From the NCBI GenBank assembly GCA_973895155.1, contig OZ316897.1:4665876-4729875 (forward strand): a stretch of DNA of 64,000 nucleotides, read 5' to 3'. The position numbers and the translations under genes were made by a program. The notes under the pieces are model-generated. The model had not been told where the DNA came from, ran no database searches, and was given only the letters and a program-made list of their open reading frames with translations. Numbering within the stretch: position 1 is the first letter of the stretch; the number at the start of each line of letters is the position of its first letter. Source of the stretch: Marsupella aquatica (lineage: Eukaryota > Plantae > Marchantiophyta). Positions 51,683-64,000 of this stretch are shown piece by piece.

Positions 51683-52063
51683 CTCATATTACATGAACCA
51701 TGTGTTGATGTAATTAGATTCATGAAAGTAGACAGTCAACCTATTTCAGTACACACATAGCATATATGAGGCCCTTTTAGTGATTTTTCCAGGTATAGCC
51801 TGATCGAATTCACATAGAAATACCTGTCTCTAAGGTCACAGTGGTAGGGACTGAGAATGATTTCATTCAATTGCCTAATTTCTAGTCACATCTGTAATTG
51901 AACAAATGTATGGGTCAGGCACTACTTAAGATGAACTTCGTTTGGAGCAAAAACTACACATAATTTCACCTATATGTATTTTCATACTCCAATGCATGTC
52001 TGCTATTTTATTCCAGACTACATTGCCTGCTTGGAATTCTTAGCCTTTTACAGTTATGGTCTC
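51683..52063 (-). pseudogene. BAH-like domain remnant downstream of the PHD module, same strand
   Basis: One frame with no frameshift but with stops: ETITVKG*EFQAGNVVWNK...IHIGEI...ITDV...P*RQVFLCEFDQAIPGKITKR...TWFM*YE. Motif order and spacing fit the BAH consensus (Y/F.xGD.V; YIG.I; E.FLS...D.....I..K; FF..Y). Confidence 0.55.
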
Positions 52064-52471
52064 TTACCATACACATTATTTACTGGAAGTGAAAAACACA
52101 AACATCCTTGTGCAGGCCTTAAGTTCAAGATTGCGATTGACTTAATCAGTCTTCAGAAAAGAAGTTAACTTGGTTTTTTAGGTGTCAAAGTGTAGGAAGG
52201 TATAAGGACACAACCATGGCTGAACTGAAGAAGCAACATCAAAAATCACTGAGTGGTGACAAACTCTACAGACAATTTCAAATTAGCAGGGTGATTCTAA
52301 TCTATGGTTCACAGCAAGCTATGGTTCACAGCAAGAGCCGCCCCACTTCCTTAAGAAGTCCAAAATGTGAGATGTGTGCAATGTTGGATTCATTTAGCTT
52401 ACTTAGCCTATAGGTGCTGAGGAGCTTGTTCTGTTGCTGGAGCTGGAGGTGTCATCTAGCAATAGCAAAGT

Positions 52472-53033
52472 CAAGTGATCTGTGACAGGGGTCTACAGAT
52501 GAGGGTCAATTGTATGGAGGTGACAATACAAAACCATCTATCAACCCCGTGTGCACATTGACAATAATCTGGTGGTCACATGATACCCTTGTGCCTAAAG
52601 GGCTAGTAAGCACCCATGGTGCCAACTGGTGGGACATCTGAGACAATGGACCATATCTATCCAGTAGTCACCGTCAGGCTCCCCACAAACAGGACAAATA
52701 TGCAGTGGGCAAAGAGAGTTTTCACGGGGCAGGCATGTGAAACAGAAAAAACAAACACAGAAATCAATCGGTCTAGACATTTCCAAAGCTCTTGCTCACC
52801 CCCCCCCCCCCAACAGTGTCGGTTGTGCCACATTGAGCACACTTGTTGATATTAGTGGCACAATCAAAGCAGGTCCAAGCACCCCGATGGTCCTCTTGGA
52901 GCCCAACCCATGGGCATGCATTCTTTGGTGCATAAGTGGACTGGGAATTCACATGGAATTGCCTTACACAGGTGCCATCACACATGACCAGGGCACATCC
53001 ATCATCACAAATGGCACAGACATGAGTGGCCAT
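52472..53033 (-). pseudogene. EDM2-type composite PHD-finger module, disrupted by two frameshifts and stop codons
   Basis: Joined frames read VCAICDDGCALVMCDGTCVRQFH...CPWVGL...CFDCATNINKCAQC / ELWKC / FCVCFFCFTC...CPLHICPVC...VHCLRCPTSWHHGCL...MVLYCHLHTIDPHL*TPVTDHL. This matches my recollection of Arabidopsis EDM2 (CAICDNGG..CEGSCLRSFH, CPLHKCSVC, CRRCPKSYHRKCL, VLIYCQEHEIDEELLTPVRDH). Confidence 0.82.
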
Positions 53034-54239
53034 CTGATGAATATGTGCACTTGACCAGTGACAATGCCTTCTCATGACCTGTGATCCACCTCTGCATGCT
53101 GGCAGTTTTGGACGAACCATGACTTCTCATGAAGAACAAAAAACAGCACAATATGGTTGGAGTCATTGATGCAATGAAGCCACGAACGAGAAGTCACAAC
53201 CATGCATTCATGCCTAAGATTTTCCAAAGTGTCAATTCAAACATCCAAACACAACCTGTATGTCACCAAGTACCTACTAGTGGGTGCAGCTCACTTATGT
53301 TTTAGAAAGAGACAGTTTATATGTCAAAACACTCTACAAATAAGAACATGAATGTAGAGGTGCATTTGTGTGCATGGAGTAAATTTTCAGTTTAGGACTC
53401 TTGAGATTGAACACTGTCAATTACTGACAGATTTTGTACATTGAAGGTGGGCAATTGTTGGGCCAACATTTACACAGATTACTTAAAAACATAGCCAAAA
53501 TTGAAGGTGGGCAATTGTTGGGCTAGCACTTTCACACGCTACCGACAAATTTTCACAGATAATTGAAAGGAAATCGCTACTCAGGGAGCCCAATAGAACT
53601 CAACGTATTAAAGAAAAGAAAAGAAAGGCAACATTGGCACCACAAAGACCCTACCAACAAGCCACCAAGAAGAAGCAACATGTCCATTGAACTTTGCAGC
53701 AAGACACTGTTTTCATGATTATCCATCTGTAGTGATGATAATAGCAAAGCACACACCCTAGATGGCCGGTGAGATGACAAGAAACAAGAACGTTGATTTC
53801 TTTGTAGATCTTGTGATCACCGAAAGAGATGGAGACAACCGGCACCGCAGCTCATCTTTGCGGAGGAGAGGCGAGGACGACCACAGCTGAAGTCAGCTTT
53901 GCTCAACTCAACAGAGTAGGAACCCGCTCCTCCCGCTAATTAAGCTGCACACGAGTAGAAATGGCCAGAGTCATTCACTCGGTCAAGCTAGGAACAAGAA
54001 GTCCCTACCATAAATTAGCCACATGACTACAAAAAAGTAAACCTACTAGCACGCCCCCCCCCCCCCCAACCTTGGACCTTGTGGTCTTAATATACTATAG
54101 AATACCACTTTGAATGTCAACACACAACAAAAAGATAAACAACATGAATGTATGTACAGGTAGCAAACACATGTGTGGAAGAAATTTCACTGACTGATGA
54201 AGCGGAGTTTGGAGGGGAGATTACTGAAATCTCATTTAA

Positions 54240-55560
54240 AACCTCAAAACAAAACCTGTACCGGCCTCACTGAGTAATTGGTATTGGTGGTCCTGGAGAC
54301 TGTTCAAAAACAAGGCAACTTTATATGTCAACACAATGAAAACATAATTACAGGTATGAAACAACGGCATCAAATATATTTGAACTTTACGGCTTAAGCA
54401 CAGATTGTGGGCTCCAGAGAGAATGGCATAGGTGGAAGATGACAAGAAACTCTCTACACCTGAAGACAGTATAGGAAGATCAGCCACGCTAAAAAAGGTG
54501 GACGTTGATTTCCACTCAAAAAAAAGTCACCATGAAGGTGGACGTTTGGCCGAGGGGGCATGAAGGCACCCAATGTTCTGTTTGTGATGAAAAGATGGTC
54601 ATGGGGGTGGGGAAAGACAAGTAGGAAGAGGGGTGGGGAGGAATGGTCAGTTACCTTTAGGCCATTTTGATAGAATGGGGACCCTAGCTTGTACTTAAGA
54701 AATGATGTTCTATACAAATGGTGGTAACTATAAGTTCTAACCCAATGAAGAAGTGTATTGACCAACACCATGGGCCAGGTCCTTGGGTTTGATTGGAGTT
54801 GCAATGAAGATATTCCACTCTTGCGGAATGCAACTCTCTATAAATGACATTTGTGCGCAAACTACTGAAATGAGTGATTCAAAAGAGTAACGGGGTGGTC
54901 AACTTTGATCATCCGTGGCTTTTACTAGTGGTACTAATGAATCGGTAGTCAGAACTCATCATACTTAGGTGACCTTGTCATAATAGTCAAAAGTAGTGTG
55001 GTAAAAAATAGGGGGGAATTCTACTAGTGCTTGCAAGCCTATAGTTGAGTGTCCAGAAAAGGTTAAGAATTTATTCTAAGGCTGGATGTTGGATTGTTGC
55101 AATTTCTCAAGACTATTTGTCATTACAATGAGGAGGGGTTAGAAGTTAGTACATAGGTAGGGGTAAGATACTCTTGGAGGTCGGGATTTCACACTAAGAT
55201 TATGTCAAGGATCATGTGCAGGGTTTAATGATATTTGAGGATTTCAAAACATTTGAAGGACTTATTGCACACCATCCCCCTGCCATGGAAACCTTTTGCC
55301 TTAGAGCCTTTGTTGATAGCTGTGTAATGGGTCTGATAGTGCCAAGAGATCTCCCGTGGAACTCCTGCTATGGATCTGGGAATGCTGAGCTATCAATTGC
55401 AAGTCCTCAACGCATAGAAAACCAAGTCTCTCAAGGCCACCTTCCCTTAGGGTGAACTGAACCTTGGAAGCTAACCAACCCCCTTTACTTCCACTTAGTT
55501 GCCAACCTAAGGCTTTCCTATGAGTCATGGGCTCACTAGTCCATGTAGCAACTTGCAAGG
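54240..55560 (-). pseudogene. Decayed multi-exon ORF with weak ParB/Srx-like motifs
   Basis: Segments IRPITQLSTKALRQKVSMAGGW (55272-55337), EEWNIFIATPIKPKDL...PILSKWPK ending at a donor aag|gtaact (about 54655), and YAILSGAHN (54404-54430). Confidence 0.3.
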
Positions 55561-56593
55561 ATTGTCAACGTGATCACAACTCTTGATAGTCAGGTGAGGG
55601 TAGTTCCCTCATATATATCGCCAAGTTGTAGTGCGAGGAAATGTTTTGAGGGAGAATTTTTTTAAATTATTTTTTTCACTATGGGTGTCCGTACAGTATG
55701 GACACAAAAACATCTCAATTGGGCAGCTGAGATTCAGAATTTTTTTAGATAACTGATGTCAGCCGCTAATATCAGTTATCAACTGATGATGTTGTGTACC
55801 CCACAAAAAAGTTAAAAATGATCAGAATAATGCGCCATGCCATATTTTTCAATGCCGTGAAGCAATGAATGCAAGCACAAAAAAGCTAAAAATGATCAAA
55901 GAAATATGATATTGCAGTTCTTCCAAGATATATGCTTGATGGGACCCCGACAAAAGAAATTTAGGTGATATAAGCTCTTATGAAAATTTTGTTACAAACT
56001 AGGCCCCCTCTAACACTTATGTGTCAGATGTTCTTGTAAAGTTCCTATAAGGAGTTTTAGCTTGATACCATCACCAATAAGATTGAACTATTGTAAAGTT
56101 TAAAGTCAAACCATGCTTAATGATAACTAAACCGTTGGGGGAACCGCGGAGTAATGGCAGCCGTCGCGCAAATTGTGAGTTTTTAAATGAAGACAATATG
56201 GTTCATGTCTTCAGGTTTGAAGTTTGTCTTAAGGTTGTTTCACGGAACCTATGCACAGGGTTTGCATGATGTTTCAATGTTTCTCTTTGTTCGTTTGCCT
56301 AAGTATGGAATGAATCCTCTACTTTTGGCCATTGGTCCCTATCGCAACGTTTTAAAATTATCTTCTCACATCTATCTAGACCCCAAATTTGCCTAAGTAT
56401 GGAAGGAACCAAGGATCTTTTACTCTTGGCTGTTTTCTCTTGTTGCAACTTTCAAAAATTGTCTAAGTGTGAAACAAAGACACCATGGACTCAATCACAA
56501 CGAGAAAAGTTTGCTAGCCTGCAAGAGCTAGACTAAATGTAGGCTAAATAGTGTAAAACCCACTATCCTGTAGCTAGTAGTGGATCCCTTATC

Positions 56594-56694
56594 ACTCTAT
56601 AATCATGTGAAGACATAATCCCATTATGTGTGCAAGCATAGACATACTCTATAATCATGTGAAGACATAATCCATTATGTCTTAAGCATAGACA
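56594..56694. repeat. ~52-bp tandem duplication
   Basis: actctataatcatgtgaagacataatcc(c)attatgt...aagcatagaca occurs twice. Confidence 0.85.
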
Positions 56695-57519
56695 GTCTTG
56701 CGGTGGACTGTGTCATAGCGTGCAATGGATTGCCCTGGGAAATGTACGGTTTACAATGCATTTAGGCACCACATAAGAACCATGAGTATGGAACCTATGT
56801 AGGGGGCCTAGTTGGTAACAAAAATTTTGTGGGGGGCCTACAGTAGTTTGTAACAAAAGTTTAGTAGGAGCTGTCACGTAAATCTGTTTTGGCAAGGGTC
56901 CCATCAAGCATATACCTCCAGCTCTTCCATCTCAAACACGGTATGTGTGCCTTTTTGAACTCAAGATCATGTACTTTAAAACCTAAATGTACTCTTCAAA
57001 ACTTGAACAGGAGCCAGGGCAGAGCACCACTCACCACATATTTGAATATATACATGGTCCAGGGTTGTGTTCCGGGAAGGCAGTAGTTGAATCATACTCT
57101 AGTCTCCACCATACCCCAATTCTTTATTGTTTTCTCCTTGGATAGAATACGGGCACAAGAACAACAGTAGAGAATATATTTGATGTTTTTGAGATTTTCA
57201 AAAGTTCATATATATAGAAAGCAATACTATGCAAAGTGGGCATAGCAACCCAAGCAACCAAGCTATGTTCAGATTGGCTGCTTGGTTTGTCTTGTCTCAC
57301 ACCCAATGAAAACCATAACTATCACGGCATAGACATGTTGTGTGGCAGAGCAAAAAAGAGATGTATACAGTGAGGCTTCTCCGTATATAAAAAGTGTAGT
57401 ATACATGATACAAAATGTACGTACTGTAGAGCGGTTGCAGAGAGGTGAATCATGTTTCTCTTGTGTCCACAACTTGTTCGTTGGATGTTTCACATGTACA
57501 AGTTTATGAGCAGTTCCCT

Positions 57520-57980
57520 CTCAACAGGCTAGCCAACTCCCCCATCCCCCACATCAAGGGTTAGAGAGGCCAGGATGTGGATAATAACCTGGGGCTGGTG
57601 ATGACTCTCTGACGATAAGAACCGTGCGTGTGCAAGATGGTGGTGTTGGATCATTCCAAATGAACGGATAGTTACTTTGCTGAACCAAGGGGTTGAAAAA
57701 GGTGGGGTTCCATGGGCGCGTCTGAAGGCTTTGTGTTGTTTGACCGGATCTTGGTTGGATTGGGTGGCTCCTTTGCTGGTTTGGGCCAGTTGTGGATTAG
57801 TTTGGGATTTTGCCTTTGGGTGCCTCCTTCTTTCAGCCATCTGGCCTTCTTTTGTTTTCTTTTCTCTTCTCTGGGTGCGCTCCTTCTCTCAGCCCCCTTG
57901 ATTGTTCTTCTTTTCCTCCGTCCCCCCCTCCTGGGCGGAGTTGTAGTGCTTGTTCCCTATGAATAAAGTTGTTCCCCGGG
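57520..57980 (+). mobile_element. Probable LINE 3' fragment
   Basis: Trp-rich ORF tail (VPWARLKALCCLTGSWLDWV), pyrimidine-rich 3' UTR, and aataaa at 57962. Confidence 0.4.
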
Positions 57981-59361
57981 GTTGTCCTGTTTTGAGAAAA
58001 ATGGAAAAAATGAAAAGAACAAAAAGGCGGGCAATGTAGAAACAAACTAAAAAGAGTGGACAAGTATGTGATTCGACCAAAAAAAGTCACCATGGAGTAA
58101 ATCTCAGTTTTGACTATATGACATACACAAAATCTAAGTCTAGCGAATCTCAGGCTGTTCCAAACCATGTGAATTACATAATTGGATATATTCTCTTAAG
58201 TTGTTTGTGTCACGCAAAGAACATTAAGTTCCCATTCACTTATTGGATAGCAGAAAAGTACACAACTATTCTTGTATGTAATAATTACAATATTCATATA
58301 AGGTGCCATTTGATACACTGTGACATCCTTTTTGGCTTAAGTCAACCATATGGCATTATTACATTAGCATTCTGCACGCCAACTGTTAGATTCTGTATGG
58401 AGAAGTCCAAGTAGACTATGCAATCCATGATATCCTTGTTGAACCTCTTCTTGTACATATTCTTGTATCCCTTGCTTCTTTTGGCATTTGGAGACATTGC
58501 AAGATTACCTATATAATTTTATGATGGGACATGTAGATGATTTACAATCTTATGCAGTAAACACAAGTAAGATCCCTCCCACGACAAGATACCACCGACG
58601 CACCGTTACAATATCTGCTGACAAACTTTATTGGTTCTGGAACGCAAAATTAATTTATTCCACTGAAAAAGATGCAAGCACAAAGGGAGAGCATGTCGTG
58701 CACACAACCAAACCTCCAGAAATGCTCAATGTCTAGTTTTGGAAAAAGTAACATTTTGGTCAATAGTCTTGGGGATGAGAATCTATCCAGGGGAAATAAT
58801 CACTTTACGATTATCCCCTCTCAAGACGCTTTAGAGGAAACATCGGATTATCATAAAGAATATAGAAGATTCAATAATACTGTACAGTGACAAATCCAAA
58901 GGACCACTATATATTACTACTAAAGAAACATACAACGACAAAGTGAGGCTAAAATTTGGCCACCAATCCAATAAATGTGAAGAATTGAGGTTTCCCACTT
59001 ATTTTAATCAGAGATATGGAATTACATATTTGGTTCTAGAGGACTTTCTGATTTACTGCGTATTGCACAATGATATAGAGGCAAGGCACCCGGCAAGGCA
59101 AAGAAATGAAGTGAACCAAGGAAGTTCTCGAGACATATTATGTGTTGTTGCAGTCATGTCCATGGCGGTCATTTTCTTGTTGTGGTCATTGTGCAGCCAA
59201 ATAGTTGCTGCATCCATCTGGTCATTTGATCATGGTGTTGTTGTGGCCATGTTGTCATTGCGACCATGTTATGAGTATGCAGGCTTAGTGTGCAAAATAG
59301 TCAAAGAGTAGAAGTCAATCATCTCAATGAAGATATCATGTGTAAAACGCTTAAATACAAA

Positions 59362-59939
59362 CCATTTTTACTACCTTGTCCCCCAAACTGCCGTACGATT
59401 ATTCTCAATCTGCCCCTACACTATTTTAATTACTACATTGACCCCCATTTTGTATATGGTTTCCGCACTAGTATATTTCATTCCGCACTAGTTGTCCACC
59501 ACATGGCAAGGTGCCATTGGCTGCGCAATGTGAATAATCAACCCGGCCCCAGTTTATTCTGTTCAAACCCAGGATGGTGGGCAAGGAGCTGAGCGTGAAG
59601 AAGGAGGGGGCAGTTCTGTTGTCAGGTCTGTGAGTTCTAAAACAGGAGGGCGGGGAGGAATCCGGGCTAGGGCCTGGATTTGAGCATTGTGAGGGAACTG
59701 ACCCTGTACTCCCACATTTTTCATAATTGGAATGAGGCGGCCTGGGTTAGGGCATTACCGGATGGGGATTGGTGGGGCCAATAGCACCTTGCCACATGGC
59801 AGACAACCAATGCAGATGACCTTGGGTTAACTACAAGAGTAAGAGTAACCCAAATACAAAATGGGTGTCATCCTAGTAACTCTGGGGGGACAGGTTTGAT
59901 AATAAAGGTCAGTTTGGGGGGCAGGGTAATAAAAAATGG
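59362..59939. mobile_element. 578-bp long-TIR (Mutator-like) non-autonomous element
   Basis: ~170-bp imperfect TIRs (ccattttta..accttgtcccccaaactg...atggcaaggtgccattggc and its reverse complement); 10-bp TSD taaatacaaa / taaatgcaaa. Confidence 0.8.
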
Positions 59940-61829
59940 TAAATGCAAATGTGAAGCCATATTCTTCCAATGCCCACAGGGATACAAACATTAGTTACAA
60001 AGGTAGATGCAAACAAAGGTAATGCAAATACAATCATAGGTTGAAGAGAGTAAACCACATGCCTTTTATATTCATATTCAACAAAAAATCTCATCATATA
60101 CAACATTTTCATCAAACTTGCTTGACCCTCTTTGAATTCCATATATAGGCCCGGGCATACCCAGGGCACACCACAGGAGGTATACTGGAGGACGAGGCAG
60201 ACAGTGGGCTGGAAGGCACGGGGATGTGTTTTCCCAATTGAACGGTGATAAAAAAAATGTTTTTTTCAGTGGAAAGCCAAGGTCCAGTCCCACTATTTTT
60301 GTTTTTGTAAACAGACAATGCCCCCCCCCAAAGTCCTATTGCATATTATACTTTCTGATAGTTCAATATCCATTGTGTTGCACAACTGTCATTGTGGCCT
60401 TGTTGTGATTGGTGTGCAACAATACTTTTGCTTGACACAGAAATATCAAGATGAGACAAGTTGCAAGTGAGGATTGTTGTTCTGATCATGTGGTTGTTGC
60501 AGTCATGCGGTCATTGAGTTGCACAAAAATGTAAAGGTGAAGTAAAGAATTAATTAATTGCAAGTGAGGCAAAGAAGTGTTGCCGTTAGGAGTTTGTCAT
60601 TTATACACCTATATACATGGGCAAAAAATAATTGTTGTTCTGGTTGGGGAGGTTGTTGTTGCCAAAATGATGTCACTGGGTTAGCATCATTGTAAATGTG
60701 TTGTTGTTGGGGAGGGTGAGGGCACGGGAACACAAGACGGGTGACAGGAAATGGCAGCCACAACATCATTGCAAAGTCCAAGCATGGTCGCGCAGCATGG
60801 AGGGATGGGAGGGGAGGTCTATGCTTGATGGGACCCCTAGCAAAACTCATTTACCTGATGGAACCCTACAAAACTTCTCTTACCAAATAGGACCCCTCTG
60901 ACACTTTTCTGTCATGATTTCTTGTAGCAGTTCATGTAACCAGTTTTTGCTTGAAATTGTGACCAACGACAACTACTGTGAAATTTATGACCCAACCTTG
61001 GACTATCAAACACACAGTTGGGGAGAACCATGGAATAGTGGCTGCCGCCGCCCAAACTGCAATGTAACTTAAGTGAAAATAATATTGCTAACATCTTCCA
61101 GTTTGAATTTTTACTGTATCACAGTTTTCATTAGGTTCACTTTCATGCAAGCTTCTGCACAGGATTTTCACAATGTTTTTGACATTTTTTGATGTGCAAC
61201 TGTCAGTGTGTGTGTGTACCAGAAGGGAGGAGGAATGCACGCGTATGCAATTGCAAAGGGTAGGTGTCCTTCAATTTACTGCACTTGGGAAGAGGCATAG
61301 GCTTAGGTGAATGGTTTTAATGGAACATATCATATGTCCTAAAGGTCCCACTTTGAAGCTGAGATATGGTTATAGTATCAGTTTAATGCAGTGGGTGCAC
61401 AGTGGAGGCTCCTAATTGAGCCGATGGGCATAGGGGGAAAGTTGAACTGGTTGGATTAGACTAGTTTGGCCATCAAGTATTCAAATGTGGCTGCTGTGAA
61501 GAAATTTTCTGTAGCAATGAATACTTGAAGTAGGTGACAATGGCTACAAGTTAGGATTTGCTGCATTGTCACTAGTTGCATACCAGGCAGAGGCTAGGAG
61601 AAGGCTAGCAATAGGAGTAAATATAGTAAGGTTTTGCAAAATTTAAAGTTAGCAATGTTGCTGTACTCCACAAATTTGAATTTACAAATTTCAGGAATTT
61701 TGGTTATTTGCAATCGTCACGTGTACCCAGTGTTGTATGAATGCCTTTTGTGGTGGACTACACAATTAGGCTCCATACAAGAACATACTGTATTGCTAAT
61801 TAAGAGGGATCATAAATTGGTAAGAAAAG

Positions 61830-62250
61830 TTTACGGATTAAAGCAGCATCTCTTGGAATTCTGGCTCAACCTCAGCTTCTAACCTCACTATTGCTATCAA
61901 TCTTGGACCACCATTTGTGATTACATCTGCATTCATTTAAAGGCAAGCAACTGGTCTCCTTGCTACCGCTGACCAAACAAAGCAGGATCATCTGTTGGCT
62001 GCCTTCAAGCTCATGTGGGTCCTGCCCCACTTGGCCCAATGGTGCCTGATCACCTGTCCTCCAACCACCACTTTCCATGGCTAAATTGTAGAATAAAATC
62101 TCAATGCTGCCCTGCAATGTCTTCCCGCCTTAGTTACCCTACAACGTTTTTTCGTGAGTGAGATGCACTTCCTGTTGCATTGGTGTCCCCTTTGGTGTAA
62201 CTGGTGGGCGTTTCCTTACCTTGGTTGCATACTTGGGTTTTTCCTCATGT
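61830..62250 (+). mobile_element. Possible LINE 3' fragment
   Basis: Decayed frame ending QDHLLAAFKLMWVLP, followed by a T-rich tail. Confidence 0.3.
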
Positions 62251-62659
62251 AGGTCATGGGTTTCTGTTCTTGTACCTTGCAATTCACTTCTCATTAATTA
62301 TAGTCTTTGTCATACCAGATGATCTTATATCTTTTAAGTTTAAACTTGACTTTCAGGTCAAGGATTTGAGGACTAACCCCATGGATTCATGTTGTCTCAA
62401 ACTATATCCCTCAGACCATTCCCTCTTTCATGCAATCTTATTCAAATGAAGAAAATGCTTGTAACATAATACTTTCTCCCCTTTCCCCAAATATATCACA
62501 CTACTAACAAAAATCCGTCAAACCTGGAGACAGGATCCCAAAGACAGGAGATGCAATAAAGGGAAGAAGACAAGAGAAAAAAACCCTAAAAGACCAAAGA
62601 GCCAAAGAGTCCTCAATAGGTAAAGGTCTAAGCCATGTAGTAGAGTAAACTGAAATGCT

Positions 62660-62948
62660 TGGGGGCCTTACTCCAACAGGGGTCCCATATCACACACAGA
62701 GTTTTTGGGCAATAAACACCCTTAAACATATGTGAAGTGTTTTCAAATACTTTCCACTTCAAGTTTCTGGAATAATTTTAGAATATTCCTAAAATTGTTT
62801 AAGAACGCTACAATTCTGACAATTCTCAAAACTATATTAAAAAATCTCTAGTATTATGTAAAAAAAAATCTAGTCTTTCACTAAACATAATAAAAAACCT
62901 ATGTACTTGGTGCATGATGGTTTGGAAGAAAATAAGTGAGGACCCCTG
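62660..62948 (+). mobile_element. MITE family A copy
   Basis: ggggccttactccaa ... gtctttcactaaac-ataataaaaaacct ... aaaataagtgaggacccctg. Confidence 0.7.
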
Positions 62949-64000
62949 GTGAACATATGGAGTGAATTGCCTAAGAGGGTGACAAGAAAAATTGTCTAGA
63001 GGCCCTAAAACCAACAGACTCAGCCCTTAAAAGTGAAAAAGGGAGGGAAAAAGAGAGAAATAGAGCTCCCAAAAAACAAACACAAGGAAAGAAATACAAA
63101 CAATTGTTCATACTAATACATGCCTATTTTGACTTATCTAAAAGAATGAAAACAATCATATAATAGTTCATGTGATGATAAATTTTAATTTGACTAGTTT
63201 ATGAAACACTAATATCGAAACACTTTTTTAAATGTGAGAGAGGTACAATGCTTTCTGGTTGAGACAAGTGCATTTATGTGACTGGACTAGTCAATATATA
63301 GGTATAGTACTTTGAGATTCACAAAGAAATAAGCTAACTTTGTTCCTTTCTAATTCTCCTCTATTTGATGAGGCTCTCTATTTAGGTGACACATTTTGAT
63401 ACACAAACCATAAACATTGTTAACTTTATAACCAATGGACATATAAGCTGTACTTTATAACCAATGGACATAGAGTCCTCTTTGCCTAGTTGAAGTGTCA
63501 AACTTTCTCATGCAAGTAAAGAAAAATGCCTTAAAAATAATTAATAAAACGTAAGGAACTGAAAAATAACTAAGGAATGGAAAATTTAAGAGGCGGGTAG
63601 AAATGACTAAATTCCTAATAATACATGACAAAAGCATAGATTAGACAAGATTAACATAAAAATACATTGCAAGCAATTCAATCAGACAAGATAGCCAAAG
63701 ATTGCCCACTGCCTCAAAAAAATACACATGGCATGTACAGGTGTTAGTAGGATTATGCACGACCACTGTCCAAGAACACTGATTGAATTGAAAGGATGGG
63801 ATGGCTAACCCTTTGCTATCGTCGACCGTGAAGTCCAGGTTCAGATGAGATGCCATGTGCTTTCTTTTTGTTGTTCAAAAGGACTCCCAATTAAATCGCA
63901 ATAAAGGAACCGCAATCACGCATTACCCACAGACGGGTATGCGCTTGCACTTAGACAAAAGCATCACAAAGAAAATGGAAGACATGACAGCAGTTCATTA

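Noticed and set aside
58330-58920. Possible small minus-strand gene with a TATA near 58910
   Set aside because: No consistent ATG-to-stop model or recognisable homology.

Overview
Eukaryotic land-plant nuclear DNA (bryophyte/liverwort-like; the taxon is an inference from composition and gene style). Only one clearly intact protein-coding gene is present: a minus-strand, two-coding-exon MATE/DTX transporter of the DTX48-DTX52 (ABS3/ABS4) clade, inside a ~10 kb CpG-rich island (about 20.1-30.4 kb). The rest is CpG-poor, decayed repeat DNA. It contains a hierarchical tandem array (46-bp minisatellite inside ~0.5-0.8 kb units), at least five MITE families with visible TIRs and/or TSDs, a truncated Ty1/copia element (LTR, tRNAiMet PBS, gag), a decayed Ty3/gypsy-like block with an extra coiled-coil ORF, LINE 3' ends and several pseudogene-like remnants. 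The most notable observation is a decayed minus-strand gene at about 51.2-53.9 kb. It encodes an EDM2-type composite PHD module followed by a BAH-like domain, and lies just downstream of a second decayed ORF with weak ParB-like motifs. This is a candidate chromatin-reader cassette, possibly transposon-borne. All homology calls were made by eye from recalled family motifs and need HMM/BLAST confirmation.
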